Assembly (NCBI GenBank): GCA_964012805.1
Contig: CAXGUD010000011.1
Span: 43,161-107,160, forward strand
Origin: an uncultured Bacteriovoracaceae bacterium
GTDB taxonomy: Bacteria > Bdellovibrionota > Bacteriovoracia > Bacteriovoracales > Bacteriovoracaceae
Length of the DNA stretch: 64,000 bases
Direction: 5' to 3'
The notes beneath the pieces were generated by a model. That model searched no databases and had not been told where the DNA came from. It worked only from the letters and a program-made list of their open reading frames with translations. A program made the translations under genes and the position numbers. Positions 49,807-60,546 of this stretch are shown piece by piece (the first letter of the stretch is position 1; each line of letters opens with the position of its first letter).

Positions 49807-51015
49807 GTGAAAAGATCAATTAGAGTTTCATTACATCTCATCTTCTTAATAATGCCCCTTTTTTTAGGGTCAAGGGCTTCCTTAGCTTCCCAACTAGGTT
49901 TTGAAGACGCAATTTTTCCGGAGCTAGCTGTCTCAGGTAGGGCCCTAGCGCTTGGAGGAGCCTATATTTCAAAGGTTGATGATAGTTCAGCACCTTTTTA
50001 TAACCCCGCCGGGCTTGGATCGGTAAGAGATATAAAGTTTCACCTTAGTAACCTGCATGCTGAGACCAATATGGGGTGGATGAAAGTCGCAACTGGTGGA
50101 AAAATAACCGATGCTATCACTAATTTACCTACCGCCCTCACCATGGTCGGACAAATGAAAAACCTTAAATCTAAGCCTGGTAATACGACCAGTACACGCT
50201 ATCAATTTATTCCCAACATTACAGCGCGTTTTTTTAGCGTAGGAGCACTTTTCTCAAGAAAAACAAGAATGAGGGTTAAGAGTACCAATGATACAGATGT
50301 TTGTGCTACAAAATGTGTTGAATTTGCTGACAGGACTGACTTTGGGCTTTATGGCTCAATGAACCTTTCTCTTTTTGGTGGAATTATTAAGGGAGGGGCT
50401 ACGGCAACTTATCTTACAAGAAATGAGCTTGATGGAACTTCAGATGTTTCTGGCAGCGATATTGGTGCTACTAATGATTTTAATACTGCTATTGGAGAGG
50501 GCAATTATAAAAAAGGATCGGCCCTCATTATAACAGGTGGAGCTAAGCTAACCTTGCCTATTAGTTGGCTTCCCATTTTTTCTGCGACAATTCATAATGC
50601 TATAGGTAAAAACTTCGAGACCACTCGTCGTGCTGGGCCTCCAGATAAGATTAAAACCTCTATTGATGTAGGCTTTTCGGTTACACCTAAGATAGGCTCA
50701 AAAACCAGGATGAGTATTGAAGTCAATTATAAGGACCTGACAAACCAGCATAAAGTAATAGTTGAAAGTGAAGAAAAGCCGTTGCCAGTCATTAGAAGAG
50801 TTTTGGTTGGTGTGGAGTTAGACTTTTCAAGGTCTTTCTTTCTTCGGTTTGGATATGGTGATTCCTATGGGACTGCCGGTTTAGGCTTTAAATCAAAAAC
50901 TGTCGATTTTGATTTAACAACTTACTCAGTTAACCCAGAACCTTCTGACCAAAATTTTAGAGGGGATGAAGATCGAAGAATTTCTCTCAGCTTATCCACA
51001 GGCTTTGGCTTTTAG
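49807..51015 (+). CDS. Outer-membrane beta-barrel protein (FadL/PorV/TraF-like N-terminus)
   Basis: Signal peptide; GRALALGGAY...DDSSAPFYNPAGL; amphipathic strands; terminal Phe. Confidence 0.7.
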   Translation: MKRSIRVSLHLIFLIMPLFLGSRASLASQLGFEDAIFPELAVSGRALALGGAYISKVDDSSAPFYNPAGLGSVRDIKFHLSNLHAETNMGWMKVATGGKITDAITNLPTALTMVGQMKNLKSKPGNTTSTRYQFIPNITARFFSVGALFSRKTRMRVKSTNDTDVCATKCVEFADRTDFGLYGSMNLSLFGGIIKGGATATYLTRNELDGTSDVSGSDIGATNDFNTAIGEGNYKKGSALIITGGAKLTLPISWLPIFSATIHNAIGKNFETTRRAGPPDKIKTSIDVGFSVTPKIGSKTRMSIEVNYKDLTNQHKVIVESEEKPLPVIRRVLVGVELDFSRSFFLRFGYGDSYGTAGLGFKSKTVDFDLTTYSVNPEPSDQNFRGDEDRRISLSLSTGFGF

Positions 51016-51155
51016 TAATTAGCATTGTGTGTAACGGCTTGCCCTTTCTTTCCTAGAATGTTTAAAGTCTTCTAAGAGCAAATTTTTAACGCATAATCTA
51101 ATATTTAGATTTTTATGCAGCAATCCGAAAATTAACCTATAAAAAAGATAAACTA

Positions 51156-53306
51156 ATGGAAAAACGAGCGATGGGTACAATGGAAGAAAAATTAGCTTTA
51201 GCAAAAAAATACGGACTTTCTGGAGAAGACCTAAAGGACTTTTTAAGGAATATTTATTTGTCTAGAAAGCTCGATGATGCAGAAATAAATATGCGTAAGC
51301 AGAATAAGGCCTTTTTTCAAATATCTAGTGCGGGGCATGAAGGCATTTTGTCTGCGGTAGGAAAAGTTTTAAGGCCAAATTATGATTTCTTTATTCCTTA
51401 CTATAGAGATAGGGCTTTGTGCTTGTCTCTCGGTGTGACTCCTTATGAGATGCTCTGCCAAGCAAATGGTAATGAAGGCGATAAGGCTTCTGGAGGTAGG
51501 CAAATGCCTGCTCATTGGGGTCATAAAGACTTCAATATTATTTCAAAATCTTCCTGTACAGGAACTCAATTTCTTCAGGCCTGTGGTCTCGCTGAGAGCG
51601 GTATTTTCTTTGCCGATTTAGAAAAGCAAGGAGTAGATGTTTCTAAGTTTTCTTTTAATAAAGATGAAATTATTTATACTTCATGTGGGGATGGAACAAC
51701 TTCTCAGGGAGAGTTTTGGGAATCTTTAACTACAGCTTGTGTTAATGAGCTCCCTATTATGTTTTTGGTAGAAGACAATGGATACGCTATATCTGTTCCT
51801 GTTGAGGTCCAAACTCCCGGTGGCTCAATTTCAGAAGCTTTAAAGACTTTTCCTGGTTTAAAAATTTTTAAATGTGATGGAAACTGCCCTATTGAAAGTT
51901 ATGCAACGGCTTTTGAAGCAGCAAAGTATATTAGAGAGGAAAGAAAGCCTGTTCTTTTTCACGCCAATGTAACAAGACCTTATTCGCACTCCTTGTCTGA
52001 CGATCATAAAAATTACAGGACAAAAAGTGAATTAGAAGATGAGTCTAAAATTGATGTCATTAACTCATTCCCGAACCTTCTAATGGCAGCAGGAGTTTTA
52101 AGCGAGGAAGAAAACAAAAAAATAATTGAAAGTGTTGCTTTGGAAGTTAAAGAGTCTATGGATAGGGCCATCGAAACACCGTGGCCACCAATAGAGACTT
52201 CCACTGATTATTTATATTCAAGTACTATAGATCCTAGGTCAGATGATTTTGAAAAAGGGCCCAGCTTTTCTGGAAAAGATGATATTCCTATGGCACTTGC
52301 TCTCAATAAAACTTTGAAGACAGAGGTTTCTAAAAATCCATTTATAAGAATGTTTGGTGAAGATGTTGCTGACTTTTCTGAGCTAGAGAAGTTAGATGAT
52401 AAAGACCTTAAAGGGAAAGGTGGTGTTTTTAGTATTTCAAAAGGGGTTCAAAGAGTTGGTTATACAGGGCAGGTTTTTAATTCTCCCTTAGCTGAGGCAA
52501 ACATTATAGGTCGAGCAATAGGGATGGCCCTAAGAGGTATTAAGCCTGTTGTTGAAATTCAGTTTTTTGATTATATATGGACAGCCTACATGCAGCTCAA
52601 AAACGAAATGGCAACCACTCGGTATAGATCAGGTGGAGACTATTCCTGTCCAATGGTTGTTAGGGTTCCTATCGGTGGATACCTTAGAGGTGGCTCCATT
52701 TATCACTCCCAGTGTGGTGAATCTCTTTTTACTCATATACCAGGGCTCTACGTCTGTTTTCCATCCAATGCACTTGATGCAATGGGATTATTAAGGACCG
52801 CAATTAATTGTGATGATCCTGTGATGTTTCTGGAGCATAAGCACCTTTATTATCAAGGTTACAACAGAATGGCAGATCCAGGGGATGATTTTATGATTCC
52901 TTTTGGAAAAGCGAAAATCGTTAAAGAAGGAACTGATGCGACTATTTTAGCTTGGGGAGCTTTAGTTCAGAAGTCTATCGATGCTGTTAAAGAAGTTGAA
53001 AAAGAAGGGTACTCCGTAGAGATTATAGACGCTAGGACTTTGGTTCCTTTCGACATGGAGGCATTAAAAAAATCACTTAAGAAAACCAATAGGATTTTAA
53101 TTTGCCATGAAGAAACAAAAACGTCTGGGTTCGCTGGAGAAATCGCTGCGAGAATTAATGAAGAGTTGTTTGAGTCATTAGATGCTCCAATCTTAAGAGT
53201 CGCGGCCAAAGATAGCCATGTAGCCTATTGTCCTCAACTTGAAGATGATATACTTCCTCAAGTTCAGGATGTGGTTCAAATGTTGAAAAAGTTACTGGCT
53301 TATTAG
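51156..53306 (+). CDS. Fused E1 alpha/beta 2-oxoacid (probably branched-chain) dehydrogenase
   Basis: GDG..N TPP motif, HSLSDD, FGEDV, PLAEANI, EIQFFDYI, HSQ. Confidence 0.93.
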   Translation: MEKRAMGTMEEKLALAKKYGLSGEDLKDFLRNIYLSRKLDDAEINMRKQNKAFFQISSAGHEGILSAVGKVLRPNYDFFIPYYRDRALCLSLGVTPYEMLCQANGNEGDKASGGRQMPAHWGHKDFNIISKSSCTGTQFLQACGLAESGIFFADLEKQGVDVSKFSFNKDEIIYTSCGDGTTSQGEFWESLTTACVNELPIMFLVEDNGYAISVPVEVQTPGGSISEALKTFPGLKIFKCDGNCPIESYATAFEAAKYIREERKPVLFHANVTRPYSHSLSDDHKNYRTKSELEDESKIDVINSFPNLLMAAGVLSEEENKKIIESVALEVKESMDRAIETPWPPIETSTDYLYSSTIDPRSDDFEKGPSFSGKDDIPMALALNKTLKTEVSKNPFIRMFGEDVADFSELEKLDDKDLKGKGGVFSISKGVQRVGYTGQVFNSPLAEANIIGRAIGMALRGIKPVVEIQFFDYIWTAYMQLKNEMATTRYRSGGDYSCPMVVRVPIGGYLRGGSIYHSQCGESLFTHIPGLYVCFPSNALDAMGLLRTAINCDDPVMFLEHKHLYYQGYNRMADPGDDFMIPFGKAKIVKEGTDATILAWGALVQKSIDAVKEVEKEGYSVEIIDARTLVPFDMEALKKSLKKTNRILICHEETKTSGFAGEIAARINEELFESLDAPILRVAAKDSHVAYCPQLEDDILPQVQDVVQMLKKLLAY

Positions 53307-53340
53307 AGAGACCAAAGACCCTACTCTTTTGAACCTTTTT

Positions 53341-54516
53341 TTAGAGGTACCTGCACTTTTCTGAAATGCCTTGCGGTCTTATTTCATGGACGCACCTTCT
53401 CCCACTTTTAAAAAAGATAATAGTCTTTCCTCGACTATTGTGAATGGAATCTATTTTATTTTTTTTAAGATTTTTAAAATTGACTGGGTGAATAGCTTTT
53501 TTGAAAGACGCTATTGGAAAATTAAGAAGTGGGTTTGAGTGAATTAATAGGAGTATGGTTATTATAGTGAGCTTAATTTTTTTTTTCATCTTATATGAAC
53601 AAATTAAAACAGTGAAGATTAGAGGTAAGCTAGAGAAATAGAAATCAAATTCAAGAGTTAAATTTGTTAAAAACAAAATACTTTTTACAAAAAAGCTTAT
53701 ACTTTCTTCATAAAAAGAAGTGATATTAAAAATTGATTGCAGCTTCATAGGGATGAAGAAAATAGTTAACCAGACTGGAAAGAGGTATGAGAATATTAAG
53801 GTAAGGAAAAAACCAAAAGCTAAACCCAAGAGAGAAAAGTGTTCCATGGAGAAAAATGTTAGGATGATTTGAGCACCAAGAAAGTAAAAAAAAATCCTTC
53901 GAGTCTTAAAATCTTCATGACAAAATAAAAGACTAAGAAAAATGAAGGAGTAGCAGAAGCTTAAAGGAGATTCAAAAAAGGAACCTCTTAAAGCATCTAT
54001 TATGAAGGTTAATAAAATTATGTAGAAGTTTTCTACTTGTCGAATTTTTTCATTTTTTGAAAAGCCTTTTATTATTTTTAGTTCATGAAAAATGCAGATC
54101 CTCTTTATAGAGTTGAAGCCAACTAATAAAAATGGTGCTGCGCACATTATTGTATGGATTAAGAAGAAGGCAGGAATACTCCGTTTTTTAAGATAGTTAA
54201 AAAGAGGAATGAAAAAAAAATAGAGCGAAGAAAAGTGGAGTCCTGAAGGTGTGAATAGGTGCGTTATATTTAAAGTTTTATGTGATTTTTTTAGCTTTCT
54301 TGGCAAACCCCTTTTATTTCCAGTAACGTACGACATTATTAAATCAAAATGAACTCCCTTTTTAAACTTCTCTCTGATTGGTTTTGAATTGGAGACAAGT
54401 ATTTTTTCTAATTTTGAAGTTTCTTTAAACCATCCCCCAGGGGATATTATTTTAAGCTTTTTAGCTGAGACAAGAAGCATTATCGATGTTAGATAAATAA
54501 AAAAAACTCGGTTCAT
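53341..54516 (-). CDS. ComEC/Rec2 competence-domain membrane protein
   Basis: THLFTPSGLH (HxxxxSGxH), multiple TM segments; no MBL domain. Confidence 0.8.
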   Translation of the reverse strand: MNRVFFIYLTSIMLLVSAKKLKIISPGGWFKETSKLEKILVSNSKPIREKFKKGVHFDLIMSYVTGNKRGLPRKLKKSHKTLNITHLFTPSGLHFSSLYFFFIPLFNYLKKRSIPAFFLIHTIMCAAPFLLVGFNSIKRICIFHELKIIKGFSKNEKIRQVENFYIILLTFIIDALRGSFFESPLSFCYSFIFLSLLFCHEDFKTRRIFFYFLGAQIILTFFSMEHFSLLGLAFGFFLTLIFSYLFPVWLTIFFIPMKLQSIFNITSFYEESISFFVKSILFLTNLTLEFDFYFSSLPLIFTVLICSYKMKKKIKLTIITILLLIHSNPLLNFPIASFKKAIHPVNFKNLKKNKIDSIHNSRGKTIIFFKSGRRCVHEIRPQGISEKCRYL

Positions 54517-54624
54517 AAGTCTTTCTGGTAGTGCTAGAAAGAGTTTTAATACTGAGGCTGAAAAACCTTGAAATAAATGCAGTTTATTTTTTTAGGGTTT
54601 TTTTTTTGTTCATTTTAAAAAAAA

Positions 54625-55518
54625 TTGGGGAAGTTCATGAGTCCAGTTTACAGCAAGGAGTCTTATTTTAGTGTATCTTTGAAAAGCCATATAGAAAGCT
54701 TTTTTAAGGAAGATGACCTTGATAGGAATATTTTTTATAACCAAAAAATCCCTGATGAGCTTGTAGAGTGTAGTCTTAAATTTAAGACAAACAACACTTT
54801 AATTTCTGGACTACCATTTTTTATGGAATCATTTATCTTTTTGGGTGCTGAAAAATCTTGCTTCGAAGATTTAGGCCCTTACGAAGGTCGCAGAGCGAAG
54901 TTTGAAGAAGGGGAAGATGCCTATACTCTAAAATTTGTATTGCCTTTTTCAATAGCCCTCTCTGGAGAAAGAATTGCTTTAAACCTTCTTCAAAGGTCTT
55001 CAAATATCGCAACTTATACCTCCAAATTTGTGACATTAGCTGAGGCAAAAGGGATTTCAATCCTTGATACAAGGAAAACAATGCCAGGATTAAGATTTTT
55101 AGACAAATATTCAGTAAGAGTTGGTGGGGGAAAAAACCACCGTTTCGGACAGACTGATGTTTGGATGATTAAGGATAATCATAAGAGTTATTTTGGTGGA
55201 CTTCAAGAGGCCATAAGCTTTTTTAAAAAAATGGGAAGTTTTTATAACCCCCTTGTTGTTGAAGTGCATTCTCTAGATGAGTTTGAAAAAGCCAACTCGA
55301 TGGGAGTGAAGCATTTTATGTTAGATAATTTTAAACCAGGTGAAATTAAAGAAGCATTGAAGTCAAAAAAAGAAGGTACAACCATTGAAGTTTCTGGTGG
55401 TATCCATCTAGGCATCTTAGAAAATTACCTAATTGAGGGAGTTGATGCAATAAGTATTGGTGCTCTCACTCATTCACCTGAAACTGTGGATATTTCTTTG
55501 AAGATGAAAAGGCTTTAG
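54625..55518 (+). CDS. nadC: Quinolinate phosphoribosyltransferase
   Basis: GERIALNLLQ, DTRKT, NHR, IKDNH, MLDN, EVSGG, ISIGALTHS; start probably ATG 54638. Confidence 0.92.
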   Translation: MGKFMSPVYSKESYFSVSLKSHIESFFKEDDLDRNIFYNQKIPDELVECSLKFKTNNTLISGLPFFMESFIFLGAEKSCFEDLGPYEGRRAKFEEGEDAYTLKFVLPFSIALSGERIALNLLQRSSNIATYTSKFVTLAEAKGISILDTRKTMPGLRFLDKYSVRVGGGKNHRFGQTDVWMIKDNHKSYFGGLQEAISFFKKMGSFYNPLVVEVHSLDEFEKANSMGVKHFMLDNFKPGEIKEALKSKKEGTTIEVSGGIHLGILENYLIEGVDAISIGALTHSPETVDISLKMKRL

Positions 55519-55548
55519 CTTCATTTAAAGCATAAAAAGGTTATCGAA

Positions 55549-57120
55549 ATGAAATCATATGAATTTGATGTTATGGTTATTGGGTCTGGAATTGCAGGGC
55601 TTTCAGCAGCTATAACCTTGGCAGAAAACGGTTTGAGGGTTGGGGTTGTTACGAGAGAAGAAGACCCTAAAGTTAGCAATACTTACTGGGCCCAAGGTGG
55701 AATTATTTATCTCGACGAAAGAGATGATGATTTCATTCATGATCTTCAAAAAGCATCAGCTGGAACATCAAATATATCCGCTGGACAAGTAATTCTTAAT
55801 TCAAGTGGAAAAATTTTAAATGAGCTTCTATTAGAAAAAGCTAAGACAGACTTTATGAGGTGTGAGGAAGGGAGTTTAAAGTTTACGAGGGAAGCAGCCC
55901 ACTCAAGAGAAAGAATTTTGTATAAGGGTGACTTTACAGGAAAAGAAATACAAATATCTCTTCTTAATTATATTAAGGATAAGAGTCGGTTTCCAAATGT
56001 AACAATTTTAACATCCCATACCGCTATTGATCTGATTACTCCCCTCCACCATGGAGTAAATATAACCCAGAGGTATGAAGAAAATAAAGTTGTTGGCTCT
56101 TACCTTTTTGATCAAAAAGAAGGTCGGGTTAAAAAGGCCCTCTCCCATTTCACTATTTTAGCAACAGGCGGAGTTGGAGCTCTTTATCTTCATCATTCAA
56201 ACTCTGAAGGTGCCAGAGGTGATGGTCATGCTATGGCAAAGAGAGCGGGAGCAGTTTTAACAGACATGGAGTTTATTCAATTTCATCCTACAACCTTTTA
56301 TGATCAGTCATCTCATAGAAGATTTTTGATTAGCGAAGCCTTAAGAGGAGAGGGCGGGAAATTAATAAACTGTGAAGGCTTTTCCTTTATGGAAAATTAT
56401 CATAAGGATAAAGAATTAGCTCCGAGAGATATCGTTTCAAGGGCCATTGTTGAGGAAACTATTAAAACAGGTCATGAATGTGTTTATTTAGATATCTCGC
56501 ATAAAGAATCAGGGTGGGTACAAGATAGATTTCCAACAATCTTTCAACATTGTTTAAAGAATAAAGTAGATATTACTAAAGATCCGATCCCCGTCGTTCC
56601 AGCTGCTCATTATACTTGCGGTGGAGTTAAATCGGATTTAGTTGGTCAAACAAGTTTGCCAAGTTTATATGCTGTTGGCGAAGTGGCGTGCACGGGACTT
56701 CATGGTGCCAACCGGTTGGCTTCGACGTCTCTATTAGAGGGACTGAGTTGGGGCACATTTGCAGCAAAAGATATCCTTAGAAGGCAGGCTTTTTGCAAGG
56801 GACCTGTTTATCCAGAAGATACCATCAAGGATTGGTTCGATGGCTCTGCAGAAGTTGATAGCGCTCTTATTACACAGGATAGAATGATGGTGAAACAGAC
56901 AATGTGGAATTATGTTGGCTTAAATCGAACGTCAAATAGGTTGAATAGGGCCAAAGCGATGTTTAATGAACTTTCCGATGAAATTGTTAAATTTTATAAA
57001 AATGCGACCTTACAAGATAATCTAATTGGATTAAGGAACTCGGTTGAGGTCGCAATGATGGTTTTGAATGCTTCAATGAGAAATAAAGACTCTGTTGGTT
57101 GCTTCTACAGAGAAGATTAA
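55549..57120 (+). CDS. nadB: L-aspartate oxidase
   Basis: GSGIAG, WAQGGI, EAAHSRERI, QFHPT, SEALRGEG, AHYTCGG, GLHGANRLASTSLLE. Confidence 0.95.
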   Translation: MKSYEFDVMVIGSGIAGLSAAITLAENGLRVGVVTREEDPKVSNTYWAQGGIIYLDERDDDFIHDLQKASAGTSNISAGQVILNSSGKILNELLLEKAKTDFMRCEEGSLKFTREAAHSRERILYKGDFTGKEIQISLLNYIKDKSRFPNVTILTSHTAIDLITPLHHGVNITQRYEENKVVGSYLFDQKEGRVKKALSHFTILATGGVGALYLHHSNSEGARGDGHAMAKRAGAVLTDMEFIQFHPTTFYDQSSHRRFLISEALRGEGGKLINCEGFSFMENYHKDKELAPRDIVSRAIVEETIKTGHECVYLDISHKESGWVQDRFPTIFQHCLKNKVDITKDPIPVVPAAHYTCGGVKSDLVGQTSLPSLYAVGEVACTGLHGANRLASTSLLEGLSWGTFAAKDILRRQAFCKGPVYPEDTIKDWFDGSAEVDSALITQDRMMVKQTMWNYVGLNRTSNRLNRAKAMFNELSDEIVKFYKNATLQDNLIGLRNSVEVAMMVLNASMRNKDSVGCFYRED

Positions 57121-57467
57121 TTGATTTTAGGCTCTCTTTTTGAACCTAAAGGAGGTTGTTTTAAGGCCTCCAACTCTTTTTCTTTCATTTTTAAGTCTTC
57201 TCTTAAAACTAAGTTTTTCTCTTCTTTTTCATCAGATAAGAAACTCATATATTTTTCGGTTTCATTCAATTGAGAGCTCTTAGCGAAAGGCTTATTTACA
57301 TAGTCACTTGTTATAATTAATCCTAAGTTAGAAATGAGAAGCCAATCTGCCTTTGATATGCCTTCTTCTTTAATATTTTCGCTTAAAAAGTCAGTAATGG
57401 TTCTTCTGATATCATATGATAACTCTTTAGCTAGTCTAAGTTTGTTTTGTTTGGAACTCTCTGTCAT
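57117..57467 (-). CDS. Hypothetical protein
   Basis: 116-aa ORF with strong AAGGAGGA RBS. Confidence 0.7.
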   Translation of the reverse strand: MTESSKQNKLRLAKELSYDIRRTITDFLSENIKEEGISKADWLLISNLGLIITSDYVNKPFAKSSQLNETEKYMSFLSDEKEEKNLVLREDLKMKEKELEALKQPPLGSKREPKIN

Positions 57468-57604
57468 TTAGATCCTCCTTTTACTCAAAAGCTTGCATTC
57501 CATTTTAAGGTTTTTCGTGGCTTTGGTGGTACCAGAAATTTTTTCAATTTTTAAAGTTGGAAATTGATTGCCAGGTTAAATAATTAGAGTGTATTCCGTA
57601 TCTT

Positions 57605-58657
57605 ATGAGTCAAGAACTAATCAATTGGTCAAAGAAAAATTATTCTGATCTACCTTGGAGGAGGAAAAGGAGTTTATATAACACTCTTGTTTCTGAAATT
57701 ATGCTCCAGCAAACTACGGTCGGAACTGTTATTAATCACTTCGATAAGTTTATTAATAAATATCCTACAATTGAGGCTCTTTCCAAGACTAGTGAAGAGG
57801 AAATATGTATTGCTTGGAAGGGGTTAGGTTATTATCGACGTGCAAGAAACTTAAGAAAAGCTGCAATTGGTATTGTGGAAGATTTTCAGGGCAAGATTCC
57901 CTTAGATTTTGAAAAACTAAAAACTATTCCTGGTATTGGTGAATATACTGCAAGTGCTTTGTTAGCAATAGGCGCAAACAAAAAAGCTTTGGCAATTGAT
58001 GCAAACTTGGAAAGAGTTTTATCTCGATTGTATCGTATATCTGTTGAAAAAGGTCCAAAACTGCAAAAAGAGTTAAAAACGCTTTTTGAGCAGGGGAAAT
58101 TTTTTAAAGGCAGGTCAGACCTAAATTGGCGTAATCTTAATGAATCTTTAATGGATCTAGGAAGAGTTTACTGCCAGGCCAATAAAGTTGATTGCTTAGC
58201 TTGTCCATTATCTAAAGATTGTGCTGTTGCGAAGGAAAACCCTCTTATTTACCCAAGTAAATTAAAAAAAGTTAAAAAAAGAGAAAGCAATGACCTTGAG
58301 CTATTAAGGGTCCTTGTAAAAAAAGACAATTTATTTCTTGCCTATAAAAAAAGTGAAAATGAGTGGCTTTCTGGTCAAAAAGAATTTCCGACATTTATTT
58401 TAAAAACAAGTGATAAAAGCTTGTCACAATATCCTTATTGGGATGGACAAGTAAATTTGAATTTGAAATCCTTAAAGAAATTTAAGACTGGAATAACCAA
58501 ATATAAAATTACAAATTATGTTTTGGAAATTTCTGAAGAGAAATGGAAAAAAAGTTTCTCATGTGGAAAAAGACGATTCTTTTTTGTTAACCCCGATTCA
58601 AAAGATGAAAACCTTTCAACTTCTTCTACAAAAGCTGTTCTGGCTTTAAATAAGTAA
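57605..58657 (+). CDS. mutY: A/G-specific adenine glycosylase MutY
   Basis: LPWR, VSEIMLQQT, WKGLGYYRRARNL, HhH IPGIGEYTA, Cx6Cx2Cx5C. Confidence 0.95.
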   Translation: MSQELINWSKKNYSDLPWRRKRSLYNTLVSEIMLQQTTVGTVINHFDKFINKYPTIEALSKTSEEEICIAWKGLGYYRRARNLRKAAIGIVEDFQGKIPLDFEKLKTIPGIGEYTASALLAIGANKKALAIDANLERVLSRLYRISVEKGPKLQKELKTLFEQGKFFKGRSDLNWRNLNESLMDLGRVYCQANKVDCLACPLSKDCAVAKENPLIYPSKLKKVKKRESNDLELLRVLVKKDNLFLAYKKSENEWLSGQKEFPTFILKTSDKSLSQYPYWDGQVNLNLKSLKKFKTGITKYKITNYVLEISEEKWKKSFSCGKRRFFFVNPDSKDENLSTSSTKAVLALNK

Positions 58658-58672
58658 AGGAGTGGTTTAAAA

Positions 58673-59554
58673 ATGAGTGAAAAAAAAAACTCTATTTCAA
58701 GCCTCTTTTTTAAATTTAAAAACGAAGAAATTAAAATAATTCGAGAGCTATCAGGAGGAAGCGCCTCAAGTTGTTTTCAAATTGTTTTAAATAACGGTGA
58801 GGCTTACTTTTTAAAAACACTAAACTCTAGTGATGCCAGAGGGGTTTTTAAAAAGGAGGTTGATGGTTTAAATAAACTTGATCAAGCACTTGGGATTTCT
58901 ACTCCAAAGATACACTACTTTGATGAGGATGTTTTAATTCTTGATTATATTGAAAGTGGAAGAGAAAAAAGTAAGTCGTGGTTTCAACTCGGCGTTGGTT
59001 TAGCGCAAGTTCATTTAATTAAATCCGATTTTTTTGGATTTGATTATGACAATTATATTGGAAGAAACTTGCAAGTTAATACTCAGGTTATTTTTCAAAA
59101 TAGAAAATCTTGGGGAGAATTTTTTTTTAAAAATAGGATAGGTTTTCAACTTGATTTGATGCTAAGAAAAAGACAACCTGAAAAATATAGCGCTTTAAAC
59201 CTTATGGTAAGAAAGCTTGAAGAGAAAATTATTGAAAAAATTTCGAGTGATGATGAACCAAGCCTTATTCATGGAGACTTGTGGTCAGGAAATGTTATTT
59301 TTGACTTAGAAGAAAACCCAGTACTAATTGATCCAGCAGTTTATTTTGGAAATCGTGAAGCAGAATTTGGAATGATTACTCTTTTTGGAGGGTTTTCCCC
59401 GTCATTTTTTAAAGGTTATTTTCAAGAGTACCCTTTACAAGAAGGCTGGGAAAAAAGAGTTCAAATTTATCAACTATACCATCTTTTGAACCATTTGAAT
59501 TTATTTGGCGACTCCTATTATAATTCCATTACTAAGCTTGTTAATAATTTATAA
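58673..59554 (+). CDS. Fructosamine/ketosamine kinase family protein
   Basis: FGFDYDNYIG, PSLIHGDLWSGN, IDPAVYFG, LYHLLNHLNLFG. Confidence 0.92.
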   Translation: MSEKKNSISSLFFKFKNEEIKIIRELSGGSASSCFQIVLNNGEAYFLKTLNSSDARGVFKKEVDGLNKLDQALGISTPKIHYFDEDVLILDYIESGREKSKSWFQLGVGLAQVHLIKSDFFGFDYDNYIGRNLQVNTQVIFQNRKSWGEFFFKNRIGFQLDLMLRKRQPEKYSALNLMVRKLEEKIIEKISSDDEPSLIHGDLWSGNVIFDLEENPVLIDPAVYFGNREAEFGMITLFGGFSPSFFKGYFQEYPLQEGWEKRVQIYQLYHLLNHLNLFGDSYYNSITKLVNNL

Positions 59555-59607
59555 ATTACTTTCAAGTTAATTAATCAGATTAAATTTAGCATAGAAGAGG
59601 AAACTGT

Positions 59608-60543
59608 ATGAGTGTTGGGCATATGATTGCTATCCATGGTGGTGCGGGGACAATTTTAGAAGAAAAATTAGATGCTGGACAGAGAGATGAATACCATGCC
59701 GTCTTAAAAAAATCACTTGAAGTTGGTTATAGCTGTCTTGATGGTGGAGGAAGTTCGGTTGAAGCGGTTTCTGCAAGCATAAGTGTATTAGAGGACTCAA
59801 TTTTATTTAACGCTGGAAGGGGCTCGGTTTTTAACTCGAAAGGTCTTATTGAAATGGATGCCTCCATAATGAATGGCAAGGGTTTAAGTGCTGGTGCTGT
59901 TACTTGTTTAAAAAATGTAAAAAACCCAATATATGCTGCTAAAGCAGTTATGGAAAAGTGTGACCATGTTCTTTTGTGTGCTGAAGGGGCCCAAGGGTTT
60001 TCTAAAGAAAATAAGCTTGATTTTGAGCCTGATGAATATTTCTTTTCTCCAAAAAGGTGGGATCAATTAGTCTCTGCAAGGCAAAAGGGGCAGGTAACAC
60101 TTGATCACTCTGAAAGTATAGGAACAGTTGGAGCGGTTGCCTTGGACTCCAAAGGAGATTTAGCTGCAGGGACCTCTACAGGAGGGCTGACTAATCGAGT
60201 TTGGGGAAGGTGTAGCGACTCAAGTCTGATAGGTTCTGGAAATTATGCGAATAATAAAACTTGTGCTGTTTCATGTACCGGGACTGGAGACACTTTCATT
60301 AGAGGTGTGAGTGCTTATGACCTTTCTGCACTAATTGAGTATAAAAACTTGTCTTTAGATGAGTCTTCGAAAATTGTTCTAGAAAAATTAAGAGATGCCG
60401 GTGGGAATGGGGGCCTTATTTCTATAAGCGCAAAAGGTGAAATTGTTTTGAATTTTATATCTAAAGGTATGTACCGAGGGTACAAAAAAGATAGCGAAAG
60501 CTGTCACCTAGGAATTTTTTCAGAAATGACCGAGGTCAAATAA
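59608..60543 (+). CDS. iaaA: Isoaspartyl peptidase/L-asparaginase
   Basis: IHGGAG, FNAGRGSV, EMDASIM, GTVGAVA (nucleophile Thr), TSTGG. Confidence 0.93.
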   Translation: MSVGHMIAIHGGAGTILEEKLDAGQRDEYHAVLKKSLEVGYSCLDGGGSSVEAVSASISVLEDSILFNAGRGSVFNSKGLIEMDASIMNGKGLSAGAVTCLKNVKNPIYAAKAVMEKCDHVLLCAEGAQGFSKENKLDFEPDEYFFSPKRWDQLVSARQKGQVTLDHSESIGTVGAVALDSKGDLAAGTSTGGLTNRVWGRCSDSSLIGSGNYANNKTCAVSCTGTGDTFIRGVSAYDLSALIEYKNLSLDESSKIVLEKLRDAGGNGGLISISAKGEIVLNFISKGMYRGYKKDSESCHLGIFSEMTEVK

Positions 60544-60546
60544 AAA

